Source: Chitinophagales bacterium (GTDB taxonomy: Bacteria > Bacteroidota > Bacteroidia > Chitinophagales > JADIYW01). Taken from it: DNA of 64,000 bases. This document shows positions 1 through 11,206 of the stretch, one piece after another. The position numbers and the translations under genes are program-made. The DNA is taken from positions 24,683-88,682 of the forward strand of contig JAMLHI010000009.1 in assembly GCA_023957235.1 (NCBI GenBank), in the 5' to 3' direction. The notes below the pieces were generated by a model. The model was given only the letters and a program-made list of their open reading frames with translations, ran no database searches and had not been told where the DNA came from. Numbering within the stretch: the stretch's first letter is position 1; every line of letters starts with the position of its first letter.

Positions 1-847
1 ATCTACCTCCATCCAAAGGAACTAATGGTCTCAATTCAGGTGGAATAACAGGAAGATGATCTACAACCATCCATGCTGGATTATTTTTAACACCACTTTC
101 ATTGGCAGATCTGAAAGATTCGACAACACTCAAACGCTTTAACGCTTCAGATTTTCTTTGCTGAGAAGATTCAGTAGAAGCCTTATGTCTAAGTGAAGCG
201 GCTAATGAATCTAATTCAATACTAGATAATAAATCTCTGACAGCTTCACCACCCATTTTAGCAATAAACTTATTAGGGTCATCATCACTCAATTGTTGGT
301 TACCTGCAGGTAAATTATCTAATATTTCCAAGTATTCCTCTTCTGTAAGAAGATCAAATTTCTTATGTACTTTTACTTCATTGCCAACTTGTACTCCTGC
401 TTCAAGAATACCAGCCTGAATAACTACAAAACGCTCATAATATACAATGGTTTCGAGGTTTTTAGAAGAAAGTCCTAAAAGATATCCAATCTTATTTGGC
501 AAAGATTTGAAATACCAAATATGAACGATAGGAACAACTAATTTTATGTGCCCCATCCTTTCGCGACGGACTTTCTTTTCAGTGACATCTACACCACAGC
601 GGTCACAAGTAATCCCTTTATAACGGATTCTTTTGTATTTACCACAATAACATTCATAGTCTTTGGTAGGTCCGAAAATACGCTCACAAAATAGACCATC
701 CATTTCAGGCTTATATGTTCTATAATTGATCGTCTCAGGTTTTTTCACCTCACCTTTTGAACGCTCCAGAATGCTATTGGGTGCAGCAAGCTTTATTGTG
801 ATTGATTTAAAATCACTTTTTATTTTTACTTCATTTTTAGAAGCCAT
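1..847 (-). CDS. rpoC: RNA polymerase beta' subunit, N-terminal part (runs off window start; not in ORF track)
   Basis: Manual translation from ATG at 847: [23 protein letters not shown]...[53 protein letters not shown]...[15 protein letters not shown]; lies directly downstream of rpoB. Confidence 0.99.
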   Translation of the reverse strand, partial: MASKNEVKIKSDFKSITIKLAAPNSILERSKGEVKKPETINYRTYKPEMDGLFCERIFGPTKDYECYCGKYKRIRYKGITCDRCGVDVTEKKVRRERMGHIKLVVPIVHIWYFKSLPNKIGYLLGLSSKNLETIVYYERFVVIQAGILEAGVQVGNEVKVHKKFDLLTEEEYLEILDNLPAGNQQLSDDDPNKFIAKMGGEAVRDLLSSIELDSLAASLRHKASTESSQQRKSEALKRLSVVESFRSANESGVKNNPAWMVVDHLPVIPPELRPLVPLDGGR

Positions 848-872
848 AATAGAGATTTTTGCTGTTATGAAT

Positions 873-3800
873 TTATTCGAAATCAAGATCTAATGCCAAT
901 CCTCTAAGCTCATGTACCAAAACATTAAACGATTCTGGAATACTTGGCTCAGGAAGATTATCACCTTTTACAATTGCTTCGTAAGCTTTTGCTCTACCGA
1001 AGATGTCGTCAGATTTTACAGTTAATAACTCTTGTAAGATATTTGATGCACCATAAGCTTCTAACGCCCATACCTCCATCTCACCTAAACGCTGACCTCC
1101 AAATTGAGCTTTACCACCCAATGGTTGTTGCGTAATCAATGAATATGGCCCTATTGAACGAGCATGCATCTTATCATCTATCATATGAGAAAGCTTCAAC
1201 ATATAAATAACTCCTACTGTTGTCTTCTGATGGAAAGGATCTCCTGTTTCACCATCATATAACCTAGTATGTCCAAATTTAGGCAAGCCAGCATTAGTTA
1301 CGAAGTCATCAATTTCTTCTACTGTTGCACCATCAAAAATTGGAGTAGCAAATTTGACACCCAATTCCTTTCCAGCCCAACCTAATACAGTTTCATAAAT
1401 CTGTCCAATATTCATACGAGAAGGTACCCCAAGTGGATTCAACACAATATCAACAGGAACTCCATCCTCAGTAAATGGCATATCTTCTTCTCTAACAATA
1501 CGAGAAACAATACCTTTATTACCATGACGGCCAGCCATCTTATCTCCAACTCTGAGTTTGCGTTTTTTAGCTACATAAACTTTAGCCAATTTTAAGACTC
1601 CTGAAGGTAATTCGTCACCGATACTGATATTAAATTTCTCACGTTTGTTATAACCGATTTCTTCATTGACTTTGATATTGTAATTATGCAATAATCTTTT
1701 CAACAAATCATTAGTTTCCTGATCTTTAGTCCAATCTTTTGCATCAACATTAGCATAGTCAATTGAAGCTAATACTCTCTCAGAGAATTTCGTTCCTTTA
1801 GGAATGATTTCTTCACCATAAACATTCTTGATGCCTTGAGTAGCTTTTCCTCCAATAAGAAGCATTAATTTCTCAATAAGGACATACTTAATACTTTCAA
1901 GATTTTTATAGTGAATCTTCTCTAAGCTTTCAAGCTCATCTTTTTCACGTTGTTTGCTTGCCTTGTCTTTACGAGCTTTTTGGAATAATCTCGTATTAAT
2001 AACAATAGCATCTGTACTAGGAGGAGCTTTATAAGAAGCATCTTTTACGTCACCCGCTTTATCACCAAATATTGCTCTCAATAATTTTTCTTCTGGAGTA
2101 GGATCTGTTTCACCTTTTGGAGTAATCTTACCAATAATAATATCACCTTCTTTGATATGAGCACCTATACGAATAATACCATTCTCATCCAATTGACGAG
2201 TAGCTTCTTCGCTTACATTAGGAATATCATTGGTCAATTCTTCTTCACCTAATTTTGTATCTCTCACATCCAATTCGTATTCAGTAATATGGATAGAAGT
2301 AAACAAATCATCTCTGACAACTTTTTCTGATATAACGATAGCATCCTCAAAGTTGTAACCCTTCCAAGGCATAAATGCAACTTTCAAGTTACGACCAAGA
2401 GCTAACTCACCGTTTTCAGTAGCATAACCTTCGCAAAGTATCTGACCTTTTTTAATGACATCACCTTTCCTAACAATAGGTCTAAGGTTAATACAAGAAC
2501 CTTGGTTGGTACGCTTAAATTTAGTTAGGCTATAGACTTTGACATCTTTATCAAATGAAATCAATTTTTCATTTTCCGTTCTTTCATAACGAATATGAAT
2601 TTCATTTGCATCCACATACTCAACAAGACCACCTCTTTCAGCATTAATTAAAACCATTGAATCTTGAGCAACTTTACCCTCAAGTCCAGTACCCACAATA
2701 GGTGCCTCAGGTCTCATTAATGGAACTGACTGACGTTGCATGTTAGAACCCATCAAAGCACGGTTAGCATCATCATTTTCCAAGAATGGAATCATTGATG
2801 CAGATACACCTACTATTTGATTAGGAGCAACATCCATATATTCTAAAGACTGCATATCCTTTTCATTATCAGACTCTACTATTGGAAAGTCTCCTTGAAA
2901 ACGACATTTAATTTTATTTGCAATAAATTCACCTTTATCATTGTACTGAATATCTGACTGAGCGATAGTTTTATCATCTTCTTCTTCAGCAGTCAAATAT
3001 TTAACCCCATCACCAGACATATTCACTATGCCTTTATTAACAATTCTATATGGAGTCTCAATAAAACCCATTTTATTGATTTTTGCATGTACACAAAGTG
3101 TAGAAATCAAACCAATATTTGGACCTTCAGGTGTTTCAATTGTACATAGACGACCATAATGAGAATAATGAACGTCACGTACTTCAAAACCAGCACGCTC
3201 TCTAGATAAACCACCAGGACCTAGTGCAGAAATTCTTCTTTTGTGAGTAATTTCAGAAAGAGGGTTGGTTTGGTCTAAGAATTGAGACAATTGGCTAGTT
3301 CCAAAAAATGAATTGATAACTGAGGATAATGTTCTAGCATTAATTAAGTCAATAGGAGTAAACACCTCATTATCTCTCACATTCATTCGCTCTCTAATTG
3401 TACGAGCCATACGAGCAAGACCCACGCCGAACTGAGCATAAAGCTGTTCGCCTACTGTTCTAACTCTTCTGTTGCTTAAATGATCAATGTCATCAATTTC
3501 CGCTTTTTGATTTACTAAGCGGATTAAATATTTAACGATAGCAACAATATCATTTTTTGTTAAAACACTCTCATCATCAGGGATATCCAACTCGAGCTTA
3601 CGGTTGATTTTATATCTACCTACTTCCCCGAGGTCATACCTCTTGTCTGAAAAGAATAATTTTTCAATAATACCTCTGGCGGTATCTTCATCAGGAGGAT
3701 CTGTACCTCTAAGCTGACGATAAATTGTTTGAAGTGCTTCTAATTCTGAGTTAGAAGTATCTTTTTGTAATGTATTAAAAATGATAGAATAATCTTCTTC

Positions 3801-4700
3801 AGTAGATTCTTTTTGAAGAATAATAAATTTAATTCCACTTTCGAGAATCAATTCAATATAATCTTCATCCAAATAAGTATCTCTTTCAACAATGATTTCA
3901 TTTCTTTCAATAGATACTACCTCGCCAGTATCTTCATCCACAAAATCTTCATTCCATGTTTTAAGGACACGAGCAGCTAATCTTCTACCTACACAATTTT
4001 TAAGATTTTCTCTGTTGACATCTATTTGGTCAGCCAAATCAAACAATTCAAGAATTTGACGGTCAGAATCATACCCAATAGCTCTTAATAATGTTGTAAC
4101 AGGAAACTTCTTTTTTCTGTCAATATAAGCATACATAACATTGTTGATGTCAGTAGCAAACTCCATCCATGCACCTTTAAAAGGAATGACTCTTGCAGAA
4201 AATATTTTAGTACCATTTGGGTGATAGCTCAGACCAAAGAAAACCCCTGGAGAGCGATGAAGTTGAGAAACAACTACACGTTCAGCACCATTGATAATAA
4301 AAGTACCCTTATTTGTCATATAAGGAATATTGCCTAAGAAAACATCTTGAACGATAGTTTGAAAATCAATATGTTCTTCATCATTACAAGACAATCTTAA
4401 TTTTGCTTTTAGAGGCACACTATAAGTTAGTCCTCTTTCATTACATTCTTCTTCGGAATATCTAGGAGGATCAATAAAATAATCCAAGAACTCCAATAAG
4501 AATATATTTCTAGCATCTGAAATTGGAAAATTTTCTTGGAATACATTATAAAGCCCTTCATTCGCACGGTTGTCCGGAGTAGTTTCCAATTGGAAAAAAT
4601 CCTGAAAGGATCGGACTTGAATGTCTAATAAGTTGGGGTATTCAAAGTTTTGTTGAATTTTACTAAAACTGATACGCCCGTTTGCTGCGTTTTTGGCCAT
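873..4700 (-). CDS. rpoB: RNA polymerase beta subunit
   Basis: 1275 aa; [20 protein letters not shown] and [15 protein letters not shown] motifs. Confidence 0.99.
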   Translation of the reverse strand: MAKNAANGRISFSKIQQNFEYPNLLDIQVRSFQDFFQLETTPDNRANEGLYNVFQENFPISDARNIFLLEFLDYFIDPPRYSEEECNERGLTYSVPLKAKLRLSCNDEEHIDFQTIVQDVFLGNIPYMTNKGTFIINGAERVVVSQLHRSPGVFFGLSYHPNGTKIFSARVIPFKGAWMEFATDINNVMYAYIDRKKKFPVTTLLRAIGYDSDRQILELFDLADQIDVNRENLKNCVGRRLAARVLKTWNEDFVDEDTGEVVSIERNEIIVERDTYLDEDYIELILESGIKFIILQKESTEEDYSIIFNTLQKDTSNSELEALQTIYRQLRGTDPPDEDTARGIIEKLFFSDKRYDLGEVGRYKINRKLELDIPDDESVLTKNDIVAIVKYLIRLVNQKAEIDDIDHLSNRRVRTVGEQLYAQFGVGLARMARTIRERMNVRDNEVFTPIDLINARTLSSVINSFFGTSQLSQFLDQTNPLSEITHKRRISALGPGGLSRERAGFEVRDVHYSHYGRLCTIETPEGPNIGLISTLCVHAKINKMGFIETPYRIVNKGIVNMSGDGVKYLTAEEEDDKTIAQSDIQYNDKGEFIANKIKCRFQGDFPIVESDNEKDMQSLEYMDVAPNQIVGVSASMIPFLENDDANRALMGSNMQRQSVPLMRPEAPIVGTGLEGKVAQDSMVLINAERGGLVEYVDANEIHIRYERTENEKLISFDKDVKVYSLTKFKRTNQGSCINLRPIVRKGDVIKKGQILCEGYATENGELALGRNLKVAFMPWKGYNFEDAIVISEKVVRDDLFTSIHITEYELDVRDTKLGEEELTNDIPNVSEEATRQLDENGIIRIGAHIKEGDIIIGKITPKGETDPTPEEKLLRAIFGDKAGDVKDASYKAPPSTDAIVINTRLFQKARKDKASKQREKDELESLEKIHYKNLESIKYVLIEKLMLLIGGKATQGIKNVYGEEIIPKGTKFSERVLASIDYANVDAKDWTKDQETNDLLKRLLHNYNIKVNEEIGYNKREKFNISIGDELPSGVLKLAKVYVAKKRKLRVGDKMAGRHGNKGIVSRIVREEDMPFTEDGVPVDIVLNPLGVPSRMNIGQIYETVLGWAGKELGVKFATPIFDGATVEEIDDFVTNAGLPKFGHTRLYDGETGDPFHQKTTVGVIYMLKLSHMIDDKMHARSIGPYSLITQQPLGGKAQFGGQRLGEMEVWALEAYGASNILQELLTVKSDDIFGRAKAYEAIVKGDNLPEPSIPESFNVLVHELRGLALDLDFE

Positions 4701-4728
4701 AGACTTTTAAAGTTGATTAATTTAAATG

Positions 4729-4768
4729 GCTAAGTGTCTTAGCAAAATTAAGTTGCCAGACACTTAGC
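4729..4768 (-). terminator. rplL-rpoB intergenic hairpin (attenuator or terminator-like)
   Basis: Perfect 11-bp inverted repeat gctaagtgtct (4729-4739) / agacacttagc (4758-4768) with an inner gcaa/ttgc pair; weak U-tract. Confidence 0.6.
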
Positions 4769-4803
4769 TTATAAGGTTTAGACCTTCAAATTAAGTTGGT
4801 GAG

Positions 4804-5181
4804 TTATTTCAACTCAACAGAAGCACCAGCTTCTTCCAATTTAGCTTTCAAAGATTCTGCATCTTCTTTAGATGTTCCTTCTTTTACAGCTTTTGGAGCT
4901 CCATCTACTAATTCTTTAGCTTCTTTAAGCCCAAGACCTGTAAGTTCTTTTACTACTTTTACTACAGCTAATTTTTGAGCACCTGCATCTTTAAGAATAA
5001 CATCAAAAGATGTTTTTTCTTCAACAGCAGCAGCTTCACCAGCAGCAGCAGGAGCAGCTACAGCTACAGCAGCAGCAGCAGGCTCAATACCATATTCGTC
5101 TTTTAAGATTGCAGCAAGCTCATTTACTTCTTTAACAGTAAGGTTTACTAGAGTTTCTGCTAATTGTTTTAAATCTGCCAT
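4804..5181 (-). CDS. rplL: 50S ribosomal protein bL12 (L7/L12)
   Basis: Ala-rich hinge, [23 protein letters not shown]. Confidence 0.99.
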   Translation of the reverse strand: MADLKQLAETLVNLTVKEVNELAAILKDEYGIEPAAAAVAVAAPAAAGEAAAVEEKTSFDVILKDAGAQKLAVVKVVKELTGLGLKEAKELVDGAPKAVKEGTSKEDAESLKAKLEEAGASVELK

Positions 5182-5251
5182 TTCAGCGTTTTTTTAATTT
5201 TTAAGAGAAAATTGTTCTTTATTAATAATTGTTGCTTGGAAGTCGTTAAAA

Positions 5252-5773
5252 TTATGCGGCTCTTTCTTCAAGTGTCTTAACAAGACCTGCAATTGTATTC
5301 CCGCCTGATTTAAGAGCAGAAATAACATTTTTAGCAGGAGATTGAAGGAGACCTATTACCTCACCTATCAGCTCATTTTTAGATTTCAATGAACTTAAGG
5401 CTTTCAATTGGTCATCGCCAACAAAAATTGCACTATCAATATAAGCACCTTTTACTAAAGGTTTTGGGTTCTTTTTACGAAATTCAGTGATAAGCTTACC
5501 CGGCACATTTGCAGTTTCTGTAAACATAACAGCAGTAGGCCCTGCTAAAACTTGATCTAACTGTTCAGAATACTTTCCAGTTTCTTGAAGAGCTTTTTTA
5601 ATAAGGGTATTCTTCGCTACTTGTAGTTTAATCCCTTGTTTAAAACACTCTCTTCTCAAATTATTGACATGCTCAACAGTCAATCCAGATGTATCAGTAA
5701 AGTAGAAAAAATCACCAGAATTGAAAGACTCAATAAGTCCTTCAAGTACACTTTGTTTATCTGCTTTATTCAT
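5252..5773 (-). CDS. rplJ: 50S ribosomal protein uL10
   Basis: LRRECF...KNTLIKKAL, GEVIGLLQSP; position between rplA and rplL. Confidence 0.97.
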   Translation of the reverse strand: MNKADKQSVLEGLIESFNSGDFFYFTDTSGLTVEHVNNLRRECFKQGIKLQVAKNTLIKKALQETGKYSEQLDQVLAGPTAVMFTETANVPGKLITEFRKKNPKPLVKGAYIDSAIFVGDDQLKALSSLKSKNELIGEVIGLLQSPAKNVISALKSGGNTIAGLVKTLEERAA

Positions 5774-5794
5774 TACTATATTTTTTATCTATGA

Positions 5795-6490
5795 TTAAAT
5801 ACCTGAAACAGATTTTACATCTATCTGAACAGAAGGACTCATAGTCGTTGCTAAATAAACACTTTTAAAATAAACACCTTTTGCAGCTGAAGGCTTCATA
5901 CGAGAAAGCGTTACTAAAACTTCTTTCGCATTGTCTTGAATCTGCTCAGGTGTAAAGTCTATACGACCAACTGATGTATGGATGATACCAAACTTATCAA
6001 TTTTGAATGAGATTTTTCCTTTTTTAACTTCGCTTACAGCTTCACCAACATTATCAGTAACTGTTCCTGATTTAGGATTAGGCATTAAATTTCTCGGACC
6101 TAATACACGACCCAATCTACCAATCTTAGGCATTACACTTGGAGTCGCTATAATCACATCAATATCTGTCCAACCACCGTTGATTTTATCGATATACTCT
6201 TCCAAACCAACGTAATCTGCACCAGCTGCTTTAGCATCTGCTTCTTTGTCAGGAGGACAAAGAACCAATACAGTTTTAGATTTACCAGTACCATGTGGTA
6301 AACTGACTGTACCTCTAAGAGCTTGATCAGGTTTACGAGGGTCAACTCCGAGTCTTACGTGTAAGTCAACAGATGAGTTGAATTTAGTAGTGTTGATCTC
6401 TTTGACCAAACTGGCTGCTTCAGAAATAGAATAAAGTTTATCTTTTTCTACTTTAGAATTAACAGCACTTCTTCTTTTTGCTACTTTCAC
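5795..6490 (-). CDS. rplA: 50S ribosomal protein uL1 (GTG start)
   Basis: [27 protein letters not shown]. Confidence 0.99.
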   Translation of the reverse strand: MKVAKRRSAVNSKVEKDKLYSISEAASLVKEINTTKFNSSVDLHVRLGVDPRKPDQALRGTVSLPHGTGKSKTVLVLCPPDKEADAKAAGADYVGLEEYIDKINGGWTDIDVIIATPSVMPKIGRLGRVLGPRNLMPNPKSGTVTDNVGEAVSEVKKGKISFKIDKFGIIHTSVGRIDFTPEQIQDNAKEVLVTLSRMKPSAAKGVYFKSVYLATTMSPSVQIDVKSVSGI

Positions 6491-6515
6491 CTCTAAAATT
6501 TTTTAATATTATTAA

Positions 6516-6959
6516 TTATTCTTGCCAAGGAGCATCTCCTGAAACTGAAATACCCATACTACGAGCTGAACCAGCAACCATTCTCATAGCAGCTTCTATA
6601 GTAAAGCAATTCAAATCAGGCATTTTGATTTCGGCAATTTCTTTCACTTGATCCCAAGTAACTAAACCTACTTTATTTCTGTTAGGTTGGGCTGAACCAG
6701 TTTTTACATTAGCATATTCCTTAAGTAAGGCAATTGCTGGAGGAGTTTTAACTACAAATGTGAAAGATTTGTCTTTAAACACAGTAATTACTACTGGGCA
6801 AATCTTTCCCATTTTATCTTGAGTTGCTGCATTAAACTGCTTACAAAACTCCATGATATTCACCCCTTTTGAACCTAAAGCAGGTCCAATTGGAGGAGCT
6901 GGATTTGCTTGACCGCCCTTCACTTGAAGTTTGATAAACGTTTCGATTTCTTTAGCCAT
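6516..6959 (-). CDS. rplK: 50S ribosomal protein uL11
   Basis: [29 protein letters not shown]. Confidence 0.99.
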   Translation of the reverse strand: MAKEIETFIKLQVKGGQANPAPPIGPALGSKGVNIMEFCKQFNAATQDKMGKICPVVITVFKDKSFTFVVKTPPAIALLKEYANVKTGSAQPNRNKVGLVTWDQVKEIAEIKMPDLNCFTIEAAMRMVAGSARSMGISVSGDAPWQE

Positions 6960-6965
6960 CGCTTT

Positions 6966-7511
6966 TTATTGTTTTTCGACTTGTATAAAATTTAATTCAA
7001 CAGGAGTACTTCTGCCAAATATTTTCACTGTCACTCTTAATTTCTTTTTGTCTTCTAGAACTTCTTCAATAGACCCCATAAAGTCATTAAAAGGACCATC
7101 AATGATCTTGACAATTTCACCGACTAAGAACGGTTCGGAAGCTGAACTGCCGGTTTCTGCCATATCGTCCACCTTACCTAATATCCTATTCACCTCAGAT
7201 TTAGGTAATGGTAATGGATTTTCTTTTCCTAAAAAATGAATTACTCCATTTATTGAGTTGATAGTTGAGATAATATCTCCATTTAATTTCTTAGGAGTAG
7301 CTTCAACTAGAATATATCCAGGAAATAAGTTCTTTTCTGAGATAACCTTTTTCCCATTTTTTAATTTATATATTTTTTCAGTAGGAACTAAAATTTGAGA
7401 AATAGAATCTTTCCAAGTAGAACGAGATACTTCTAGTTCTATTTGATCTCTCAGTTTTTTCTCCTTTCCACTGACGACCCTGAGGACATACCATTTTTTA
7501 TCTTCTACCAT
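6966..7511 (-). CDS. nusG: Transcription termination/antitermination factor NusG
   Basis: WYVLRVVSGKE NGN domain, FPGYILVE, C-terminal KOW IFGRSTPVEL. Confidence 0.98.
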   Translation of the reverse strand: MVEDKKWYVLRVVSGKEKKLRDQIELEVSRSTWKDSISQILVPTEKIYKLKNGKKVISEKNLFPGYILVEATPKKLNGDIISTINSINGVIHFLGKENPLPLPKSEVNRILGKVDDMAETGSSASEPFLVGEIVKIIDGPFNDFMGSIEEVLEDKKKLRVTVKIFGRSTPVELNFIQVEKQ

Positions 7512-7520
7512 GAGATTGTC

Positions 7521-7718
7521 CTAGTTAGCAAGTTTATAAATAAAATCAGTAAAGAGTAGGCTTCCTGACATATCCATTAATCCAATAATTAAAGCAATTA
7601 TTATTGAAGCAACTGCAACAATCAATGAGTCTTTTTGTAAGTCTTTAAAGGTTGGCCAAGTCACTCTGTTCACCAACTCATCATAAGAATCTTTAAAATA
7701 GTTTATGATATTGTTCAT
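7521..7718 (-). CDS. secE: Preprotein translocase subunit SecE (start corrected to ATG 7718)
   Basis: ELVNRVTWP motif plus one TM helix; the ORF-track start (7748) overlaps tRNA-Trp. Confidence 0.93.
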   Translation of the reverse strand: MNNIINYFKDSYDELVNRVTWPTFKDLQKDSLIVAVASIIIALIIGLMDMSGSLLFTDFIYKLAN

Positions 7719-7737
7719 CTTCAATTTTTTTTCGCTG

Positions 7738-7808
7738 CACGGGCACAAGGATTCGAACCCTGATCAAAGGTTTTGGAGACCTCTATTCTACCATTGAACT
7801 ATGCCCGT
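7738..7808 (-). tRNA. trnW: tRNA-Trp (CCA)
   Basis: Reverse complement ACGGGCA...CT-CCA-AA...GTTCGAATCC...TGCCCGT-G; 3' CCA not encoded. Confidence 0.97.
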
Positions 7809-7819
7809 ATTATAACAAT

Positions 7820-7860
7820 AGTTATGGCTAATGGAATAAAAATACCCACTAGCCATAACT
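7820..7860 (-). terminator. Stem-loop downstream of tuf
   Basis: 11-bp inverted repeat agttatggcta / tagccataact between the tuf stop and trnW. Confidence 0.6.
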
Positions 7861-7874
7861 GATTTATAAAATTA

Positions 7875-9062
7875 TTATTTAATGATATCAGTCACCTGAC
7901 CAGCACCTACTGTTCTACCACCTTCACGGATAGCGAATTTAAGTCCTTTCTCAAGAGCAACTGGATAAATCAATTTAACAGTTAAAGCTACGTTATCACC
8001 TGGCATAACCATTTCAACACCTTCTGGAAGAGTAATTTCTCCAGTAACGTCAGTAGTTCTCAAATAGAATTGTGGACGATATTTGTTGAAGAATGGAGTG
8101 TGACGACCACCTTCTTCTTTAGAAAGAACGTAAACTTCACATTTAAACTCAGTATGAGGAGTGATAGAACCTGGTTTACAAATAACTTGACCTCTTTTGA
8201 TATCGTTTTTGTCAATACCACGAAGTAAGATACCTACGTTATCACCAGCTTCACCTGTATCCAATATTTTACGGAACATCTCAACTCCAGTTACAGTAGA
8301 AGTAGATGGTTTCTCTTGAAGACCTACTATTTCAACAGGATCTCCAGTGTGAATAATACCTCTTTCAATTCTACCTGTAGCTACAGTACCACGACCAGTG
8401 ATAGAGAATACGTCTTCTACTGGCAACAAGAATGGTTTATCAATAGCTCTTGGAGGAACTGGAATCCACTCATCAACAGCAGCCATTAACTTAGTGATTG
8501 CTTCAAGACCAGCAGCTTCATCATTTAAAGCAGCAAGTGCAGATCCTTGGATAACAGGAGTATTGTCACCATCATATCCGTAGAAGCTCAATAAATCTCT
8601 GATTTCCATTTCAACAAGCTCTAACAATTCAGGGTCATCCACTAAATCAACTTTGTTCATGAAAACAACCAATTTAGGAACACCTACCTGACGAGCCAAC
8701 AAGATGTGCTCACGAGTTTGAGGCATTGGACCATCTGTAGAAGCCACAACAATAATAGCACCATCCATCTGAGCAGCACCAGTAACCATGTTTTTCACAT
8801 AGTCAGCGTGACCAGGACAGTCAACGTGAGCATAGTGACGATTTTCTGTTTGATACTCAACGTGAGAAGTATTGATAGTAATACCTCTTTCTTTTTCTTC
8901 AGGAGCATTATCGATAGAATCGTAATCTTTTTGCTCAGCAAAACCTTTCAAAGAAAGGGTGTGGGTGATAGCAGCAGTCAAGGTAGTCTTACCGTGGTCA
9001 ACGTGACCAATAGTACCGATATTTACGTGCGGCTTATCTTTAATAAATTTTTCTTTAGCCAT
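7875..9062 (-). CDS. tuf: Elongation factor Tu
   Basis: [36 protein letters not shown]. Confidence 0.99.
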   Translation of the reverse strand: MAKEKFIKDKPHVNIGTIGHVDHGKTTLTAAITHTLSLKGFAEQKDYDSIDNAPEEKERGITINTSHVEYQTENRHYAHVDCPGHADYVKNMVTGAAQMDGAIIVVASTDGPMPQTREHILLARQVGVPKLVVFMNKVDLVDDPELLELVEMEIRDLLSFYGYDGDNTPVIQGSALAALNDEAAGLEAITKLMAAVDEWIPVPPRAIDKPFLLPVEDVFSITGRGTVATGRIERGIIHTGDPVEIVGLQEKPSTSTVTGVEMFRKILDTGEAGDNVGILLRGIDKNDIKRGQVICKPGSITPHTEFKCEVYVLSKEEGGRHTPFFNKYRPQFYLRTTDVTGEITLPEGVEMVMPGDNVALTVKLIYPVALEKGLKFAIREGGRTVGAGQVTDIIK

Positions 9063-9111
9063 GATAAAATGGTTTAAATATAGTTAGGAATTTAAATATT
9101 TCTTCTAACAG

Positions 9112-9183
<72 letters not shown>

Positions 9184-9192
9184 TTAGTTTTG

Positions 9193-9265
9193 AGCGGATG
9201 ACGAGGCTCGAACCCGCGACCCTCAGCTTGGAAGGCTGATGCTCTACCAACTGAGCTACATCCGC
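9193..9265 (-). tRNA. trnG: tRNA-Gly (TCC)
   Basis: Reverse complement GCGGATGTAGCTCAGTTGGTAGAGC...CT-TCC-AA...GGTTCGAG...CATCCGCT. Confidence 0.97.
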
Positions 9266-9282
9266 ATAATCCTTCTTTAAAA

Positions 9283-9368
9283 TGGTGGGGAGAACAGGAT
9301 TCGAACCTGTGAAGGTGTAAACCAACAGATTTACAGTCTGTCCTCGTTGGCCGCTTGAGTATCTCCCC
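9283..9368 (-). tRNA. trnY: tRNA-Tyr (GTA)
   Basis: Reverse complement GGGGAGATACTCAAGCGGCC...CT-GTA-AA, long variable arm, ...TCTCCCCACCA (CCA encoded). Confidence 0.97.
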
Positions 9369-9384
9369 CTCCATTTTCAAATTG

Positions 9385-9457
9385 AGCCAGCAGAGGGACT
9401 CGAACCCCCGACCTACTGATTACAAATCAGTAGCTCTACCAACTGAGCTATGCTGGC
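9385..9457 (-). tRNA. trnT: tRNA-Thr (TGT)
   Basis: Reverse complement GCCAGCATAGCTCAGTTGGTAGAGC...TT-TGT-AA...GGTTCGAG...TGCTGGCT. Confidence 0.97.
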
Positions 9458-9522
9458 CTCAACTTTGCATTATTTGCAAGAACTTTCAAACATTTAACGC
9501 ATTCCGTTTGTGTTTGAGGACG

Positions 9523-9552
9523 CAAATTTACAACTAAATTTCATAATGCAAA
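9523..9552 (-). promoter_or_regulatory. Bacteroidota primary-sigma promoter of the tRNA-tuf operon
   Basis: Minus strand TTTG (9552-9549), 18-nt spacer, TAAATTTG (9530-9523); fits the -33/-7 consensus TTTG / TAnnTTTG. Confidence 0.75.
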
Positions 9553-9570
9553 GCATCTTACCTGTTTTTT

Positions 9571-9864
9571 TTAATTTTTATTTTTAATTCGCTCTAGTTG
9601 TCGTTTTAATGAATCAATTGCTAAATCTACTGACTCTTCAAACACTTTGGCTGTCTCTTTCGCCACTAAAGTATTGCCGGGGATATTTGTGCGTATAACT
9701 ACCATCTTATCTTTTACTTGCGTGTTCAAATTTTCCATACTTAAAACTACGCTTGAATCAATTATTTTGTCATAAAATAAATTAAGCTTGCCAACTTTTT
9801 TTTCAATAAAATCTAAAAGTTTTTGATCTGCTGTAAAATGAACTGTTTGAATTTGAATTTTCAT
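9571..9864 (-). CDS. hpf: Ribosome hibernation factor HPF/RaiA
   Basis: MKIQIQTVHFTADQKLLDFIEKKV...FEESVDLAIDSLKRQL; conserved rpsU-xerC-hpf-tRNA order. Confidence 0.9.
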   Translation of the reverse strand: MKIQIQTVHFTADQKLLDFIEKKVGKLNLFYDKIIDSSVVLSMENLNTQVKDKMVVIRTNIPGNTLVAKETAKVFEESVDLAIDSLKRQLERIKNKN

Positions 9865-9868
9865 AATC

Positions 9869-10756
9869 TTAAGCTTTTGGATGTGAATGTTTAAAAATTT
9901 CTTTTAATTTCTCTATAGAATTATGTGTGTAAACCTGTGTTGATGCAAGGCTAGCATGCCCTAACAATTCTTTAATATCGTTCAATGGAGCTCCTTGATT
10001 GGATAAATGGGTGGCAAATGTATGCCTTAAAACGTGAGGACTTTTTTGTGTCTTTATTTCTGCTTCTTTCAATCTATTGTGAACTATTCTGTATATCAAA
10101 ATCGGATAGGCCATCTCTCCCTTGTCTGTGAGAATAACAAATCCCCAGTTGTCAAAATTTTCAAAATGTGTATTACATACATTTTTATAGGATAGTAATA
10201 ATTGTATCAACTCATTGCTAATGGGAACAATTCGTTCTTTATTCCCTTTCCCTAGAATTTTAATTTGTTTCAAAATTGTATCGATATCTTTCCATTTTAA
10301 GTTTAATAATTCTTGTCGCCTAATTCCAGTAGCATATAAAATTTCAAAAACTACTTTATTTCTATAAGACACAAAATCGCCTTCATTTGTTTCCAAATGT
10401 TCAAATAAATTTTCAATATTACTTTGCTCTATATATTTAGGCAATCGACTAGGCTGCTTAGGGAGTTGGATGCCTTTTGCTGGATTAACAGTAGTATATC
10501 CCTTCTTGATAGAAAATTTATAAAATGTATTTAAAGAGGAGAGCTTTCTGTGCAAGGAACTGGATTCGTACTTATCCTCGACTAAACTTACCACCCACAA
10601 TCTAACTTGCTGTGGATTGACAGAATATAAGAACTCAATTCCCAAGTCATCTAAATAACCTGAAAATTGAGTGATATCTTTTATATAGGCTTCTACTGTA
10701 TGAACAGAGAAGCGTTTTTCATAAGTTAAATATTCTCTAAATTCATCTGCAACCAT
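9869..10756 (-). CDS. xerC: Tyrosine recombinase XerC
   Basis: Catalytic set intact: ATGIRRQE, GKGNKER, PHVLRHTFATH, LGHASLASTQVYTH; housekeeping synteny. Confidence 0.85.
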   Translation of the reverse strand: MVADEFREYLTYEKRFSVHTVEAYIKDITQFSGYLDDLGIEFLYSVNPQQVRLWVVSLVEDKYESSSLHRKLSSLNTFYKFSIKKGYTTVNPAKGIQLPKQPSRLPKYIEQSNIENLFEHLETNEGDFVSYRNKVVFEILYATGIRRQELLNLKWKDIDTILKQIKILGKGNKERIVPISNELIQLLLSYKNVCNTHFENFDNWGFVILTDKGEMAYPILIYRIVHNRLKEAEIKTQKSPHVLRHTFATHLSNQGAPLNDIKELLGHASLASTQVYTHNSIEKLKEIFKHSHPKA

Positions 10757-10812
10757 ACTTCCTCATACTGGGAAATTTAAGATAGCAAATAAATTTATAA
10801 AATCAAAGAAAA

Positions 10813-11004
10813 TTATTCTTCAATTCTTCTTATTTGGTCGCGATAGATAGCTTTTAACTTTTGGTCACGTTTTGTGATAGATGGTTTAGTGAAAGATTGT
10901 CTTGCACGAACTTCTTTCATCACACCCGCTTTTTCATATTTTTTCTTGTACACTCTAAGTGCTTTGTCTAATGAATCTGACTCTCTTGCGTCAATGATAA
11001 GCAT
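10813..11004 (-). CDS. rpsU: 30S ribosomal protein bS21
   Basis: LDKALRVYKKK...RQSFTKPSITKR. Confidence 0.96.
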   Translation of the reverse strand: MLIIDARESDSLDKALRVYKKKYEKAGVMKEVRARQSFTKPSITKRDQKLKAIYRDQIRRIEE

Positions 11005-11036
11005 ATTTGAAAATTTTCTTTTATTAATTTGGAGTG

Positions 11037-11044
11037 CAAATGTA
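11037..11044 (-). promoter_or_regulatory. -7 promoter element of rpsU-xerC-hpf
   Basis: TACATTTG (followed by C) on the minus strand, 32 nt upstream of the rpsU ATG. Confidence 0.65.
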
Positions 11045-11206
11045 CATAATATATTTTAGAAAAAGAATTCTTTTTTCATTAAGCTATAATTATATCCTTC
11101 TAATTCAATTATCGTCTATTTGCATTGATGACAGATTCAATGAAGTATCAAAATAAACATCCATAATTTCAGTATTTTGGATATTCTAATAAGTATTGAT
11201 TGAAAT

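Noticed and set aside
7719-7748. Extended secE N-terminus (MCPCSEKKLK)
   Set aside because: It overlaps the tRNA-Trp 3' end; ATG 7718 gives a normal-length SecE.
7738-7808. Alternative genetic code (TGA read as Trp) in an AT-rich genome
   Set aside because: The tRNA-Trp anticodon is CCA and all conserved genes translate intact under the standard bacterial code.
9869-10756. Tyrosine recombinase next to a tRNA cluster as a prophage or island integrase
   Set aside because: XerC size and motifs, embedded in the conserved rpsU-xerC-hpf-tRNA-tuf order, with no att duplication or cargo genes nearby.
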